64,000 nt of DNA, taken from contig JARDVH010000121.1 in NCBI GenBank assembly GCA_030324005.1, forward strand, positions 55,904,101 to 55,968,100. Reading direction: 5' to 3'. Shown piece by piece: positions 61,001 to 64,000 of this stretch. This stretch comes from Negaprion brevirostris. Lineage: Eukaryota. Positions within the stretch are counted from its first letter, which is position 1. Each line of letters opens with the position of its first letter. The notes beneath the pieces were generated by a model that ran no database searches, was not told the DNA's origin, and worked only from the letters and a program-made list of their open reading frames with translations. The position numbers and the translations under genes are program-made.

Positions 61001-61354
61001 TTCATTTTGCTTCTACAAAAACTTGAAACAGTTGGCCATGTTTGGAGTCGAACAGCTAAAATTAGTGCATTACCTCTTTGTTTTCTTGTGACCAGCTAAT
61101 AACCTGAAATAAGAATATTCAAAAGAAACTCTTTGTATAGTGCCTGGCATGCCTTTGAGAGTTGGCAAAGTGTTACATAGTTAATTAATTACTTTAAATT
61201 GTTTCTCAATGGACAAATCAATACTTGTATGATAAATTGCTTGGTTACCTTTTCNNNNNNNNNNNNNNNNNNNNNNNNNNNNNNNNNNNNNNNNNNNNNN
61301 NNNNNNNNNNNNNNNNNNNNNNNNNNNNNNNNNNNNNNNNNNNNNNNNNNNNNN

Positions 61355-61870
61355 CTCAACAAATTTCTCTCCATCTAACTCTCTAATACCATGGCTGTCC
61401 CAGTCAATGTTTGAACGCTAAAATCCCCTACTATTACCGCCTTATTTTTCTTGGTGTTATCTGTCATTTCCGTGCATATTTGCTCAATTTTCCACTACCC
61501 ATTTGGCGGTCTGTAGTACAACCTTATCAAAGTGATTCCCCTGTTCTTATTTCTCAGTTTGACCCATATAGGCTCAATAGCCAAACCCTCGATAGATCCC
61601 ATCAGTATTGCCAGGATATTTTCCCCTAATCAACTTCCCCTCCTCTAACCTCCTGTTCTATCTTTTCTGTAGCATCTGTACCCTGGAACTTTGAGCTACC
61701 CTCCCTTAGCTTTGTTTCAGTAATTGCTATAATGTCCCAGTCCCATGTACCCTTCCATGCCCTGAGTTTATCTACCTTGCCCATCAGGCTTCTTGCATTG
61801 AAATAAATGCAGTTGAATCTGGACTTCCCTCGGTCTCTGCTCTGTTTTTGCCTGATCTGTCTTGTACTAG
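61355..61870 (-). mobile_element. CR1 ORF2 endonuclease fragment
   Basis: ORF 61626-61952 contains CIYFNARSLMGKVDKLRAW..TWDWDIIAITET, followed by GlYYRPPN and VIIVGDF-like motifs. Confidence 0.88.
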
Positions 61871-61959
61871 GTTTACTGACAGTGCCTTTGCTCCTTAAGT
61901 AAATGTCCAGATCACTAGCATGTCCTGGTTCCTCCCCACCACCCCCCCCCAAACATTAT

Positions 61960-62523
61960 AGTTAAGAAAGCCTCTACTTTCTCAGAAGACTAAGGAAATT
62001 TGGCACGTCAGTTACGACTCCCACCAACTTTTACAGATGCACCATGGAAAGCATTCTTTCTGGTTGTATCACAGCTTGGTATGGCTCCTGCTCTGCTCAA
62101 GATGACAAGGACCTACAAAATGTTATGAATGTAGCCCAATCCATCACCCAAACCATTGGCCTCCCATCCATTGACTCTGCCTACACTTCCCGCTGCCTCA
62201 GCAAAGCAGCCAGCGTAATTAAGGACCCCATGCACCCAGGCATTCTCTCTTCCACCTTCTTCCGTTGGGAAAAAGATAGAAAAGTCTGAAGTCATGTACC
62301 AACCAACTCAAGAACTGCTTCTTCCCTGCAGCTATCAGACTTTTGAATGGATTTACCTTGCATTAAGTTGCTCTTTCTCTATGCCCTAGCTATGATTGTA
62401 TCATTACATTCTGCACTCTCTCGTTTCCTTCTCTACGAATGGTATGTTTTGTCTATATAGCACACAAGAAATAATACTTCTCACTGTATGTTAATACATA
62501 TGACAATAATAAATCAAACCAAA
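61960..62523 (+). mobile_element. Rex1/Babar LINE 3' fragment
   Basis: LYFLRRLRKFG..TNFYRCTMESILSGCITAWYGSC...IKDPMHPG, with the tail tcactgtatgttaatacatatgacaataataaatcaaa. Confidence 0.88.
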
Positions 62524-62699
62524 TGGATTGCACAGGTACAATGGGCCAAATAGTCTCCATGTGCTGAACGATTCTGTGAAAAAGTCTCTGAAGAAATGAA
62601 AATATCCCTTCTCGCACCTCATCAGAGCCAAGAGTTTTGGATGAAACATTGTTTCAGATGCAAGACGGATAATGCACTTCAGTTCATCCACGCATTTTG

Positions 62700-63836
62700 A
62701 TCAGGAATAAACTGCTGCAGTGTTTCTCTAACTTGCTGGAGTTTTTTGAGGAGGTAACACAAAGGCTTGTTGAGGGTAATGCTGTTGATGTGTACTTGGA
62801 CCTTCAGAAGGCAGTTGATACAGTGTCACACAACAGACTTGTGAAAATACTTATAGCTCATGGATAAAAGCGACAGTAGCAATGTGAGTGCAAAATTGGC
62901 TGAATTTTGGCAGAGGGTAATGATTAATGTATATTTTTTGGGTTGGAGGAAGGTCTGTAGTGGTATTCCCCAGGAGTCGATATTGGGAAGTTGCTTTTCT
63001 TGATATCTATTAATGATCTGGATCTTGATGTGCAAGAGGCAGTTTCAAAGTTTGTGGATGATACAAAACTTGGAGGTATTGTAAACTGTGAAGAGGACAG
63101 CGCCGAACTTCAAAGAACATAAACATGTTGGTAGAGTGGGCAGATGAATTTCAATGCAGAGAAGTGTGAAGTGATGCATTTTGGTAGGAAGAATATGTAG
63201 AGACAGTATAAAATAAAGGGTAAGCTTCTAGAGCGGGCCTAGAAGCCGAGGGACCTGAGTGTACATGTGCAAAGATCATTGTAGGTTGCTGGGCAGACGA
63301 AGAGCAGTTAAAGCATATATTATTCTGGGCTTTATAAATGGGGGCATCGAGTACAAGAGCAAGTTATGCTGAACCTATACCAGACTCTAGTTAGACCTCA
63401 GCTGGAATATTGTGTATAGTTCTGGGCATCACACTAGAGAAAAGATATGAATGCATTCAAGAGAGCGCAGATGAGGTTTACAAGAATGGTTCCAGGGATG
63501 AGAAACTTCAGCTATGAGGACAGATGAGAGAATTTGGGACTGATTTCCTTGGAAAGAAAGCTGAGAGGAGATTTGATCAAGATGTTCAAATTCATGAGGG
63601 GGCCTGACAGAGTAGATACTGTTACCGCTCTTAAAAGAATCAAAAACGAGAGGGCACAGATTTGAGGTGATATGTATGATGTGAGGGAAAACAACAAGTG
63701 GTTCAGGTCTGGAATGCACTGGCTGTAAGTGTGTTAGAGGCAGGATCAATTGGCTAAAATGCTGATCTGGAGAGTCGGTGTGGACAAGATGGACCAAGTG
63801 GTCTCCGCTGGTGCCATAACAATTCTGAGATTCCAT
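62700..63836 (+). mobile_element. Decayed CR1 LINE, RT to 3' end
   Basis: NLLEFFEEVT, VYLDLQKAVDTVSH, SGIPQES, KFVDDTKLGG, FNAEKCEVMHFG, LVRPQLEYCV, RGDLIKMFK, and the tail caattctgagattccatga. Confidence 0.9.
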
Positions 63837-64000
63837 GAAAGACAATGGGATAAATTCTCCAGTATTTATCCTGTTCTAAGGTTTCTGAGGTCAAAGCTGT
63901 TTGTCATCAAATGTACTGTGGCAGAATTCTTGGAAAAATTGTGAGTGCCTGCTGTATCAAACACAACTTAAATCAGCATTTAGAATTTGCAGCCAAGTAA

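Larger units (their letters stand above)
691..61354. other. Assembly gaps (16 N-runs)
   Basis: N-runs at about 691-790, 8230-9190, 10853-10952, 13080-13116, 17535-17540, 18425-18524, 25609-25775, 30454-30553, 31401-31410, 32868-32877, 35187-35983, 38411-38433, 43456-43555, 44441-44638, 57122-57221 and 61255-61354. Many fall in repeats, which indicates a short-read scaffold. Confidence 0.97.

Noticed and set aside
1-64000. Prokaryotic systems (CRISPR arrays, operons, retrons) or endogenous viral genes
   Set aside because: There are no regularly spaced repeats, no gene-dense ORFs and no gag/pol/env or other viral motifs. All RT motifs belong to non-LTR retrotransposons.

Overview
This is eukaryotic, vertebrate genomic DNA, almost certainly from an elasmobranch (shark). 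The evidence is HE1-type tRNA SINEs, HER1/CR1-type LINEs, SacSINE1/DeuSINE copies and shark-type Penelope repeats. I could not recognise any intact protein-coding gene, rRNA, true tRNA or CRISPR array. The window reads as intronic or intergenic DNA, and its apparent T/G skew on the + strand suggests a large + strand intron. A large fraction is decayed transposable elements: two CR1-type LINE families, L2, RTE, Rex1/Babar, Penelope-like elements (PLE), a hAT transposase fossil, a PIF/Harbinger remnant and several SINE families. There are 16 N-gaps. The most notable observations are: (i) a ~3.55 kb foreign-looking cassette, bounded by a SINE head and a SINE tail, that precisely splits a CR1 ORF2 and carries a kB/CCAAT/GC-box cluster; (ii) minimal hammerhead ribozyme motifs in both arms of two inverted-repeat PLEs; (iii) an HE1-headed SINE whose 3' tail resembles Rex1/Babar. 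All family assignments come from motif recognition by eye, not database searches, and repeat boundaries are approximate (tens of bp).
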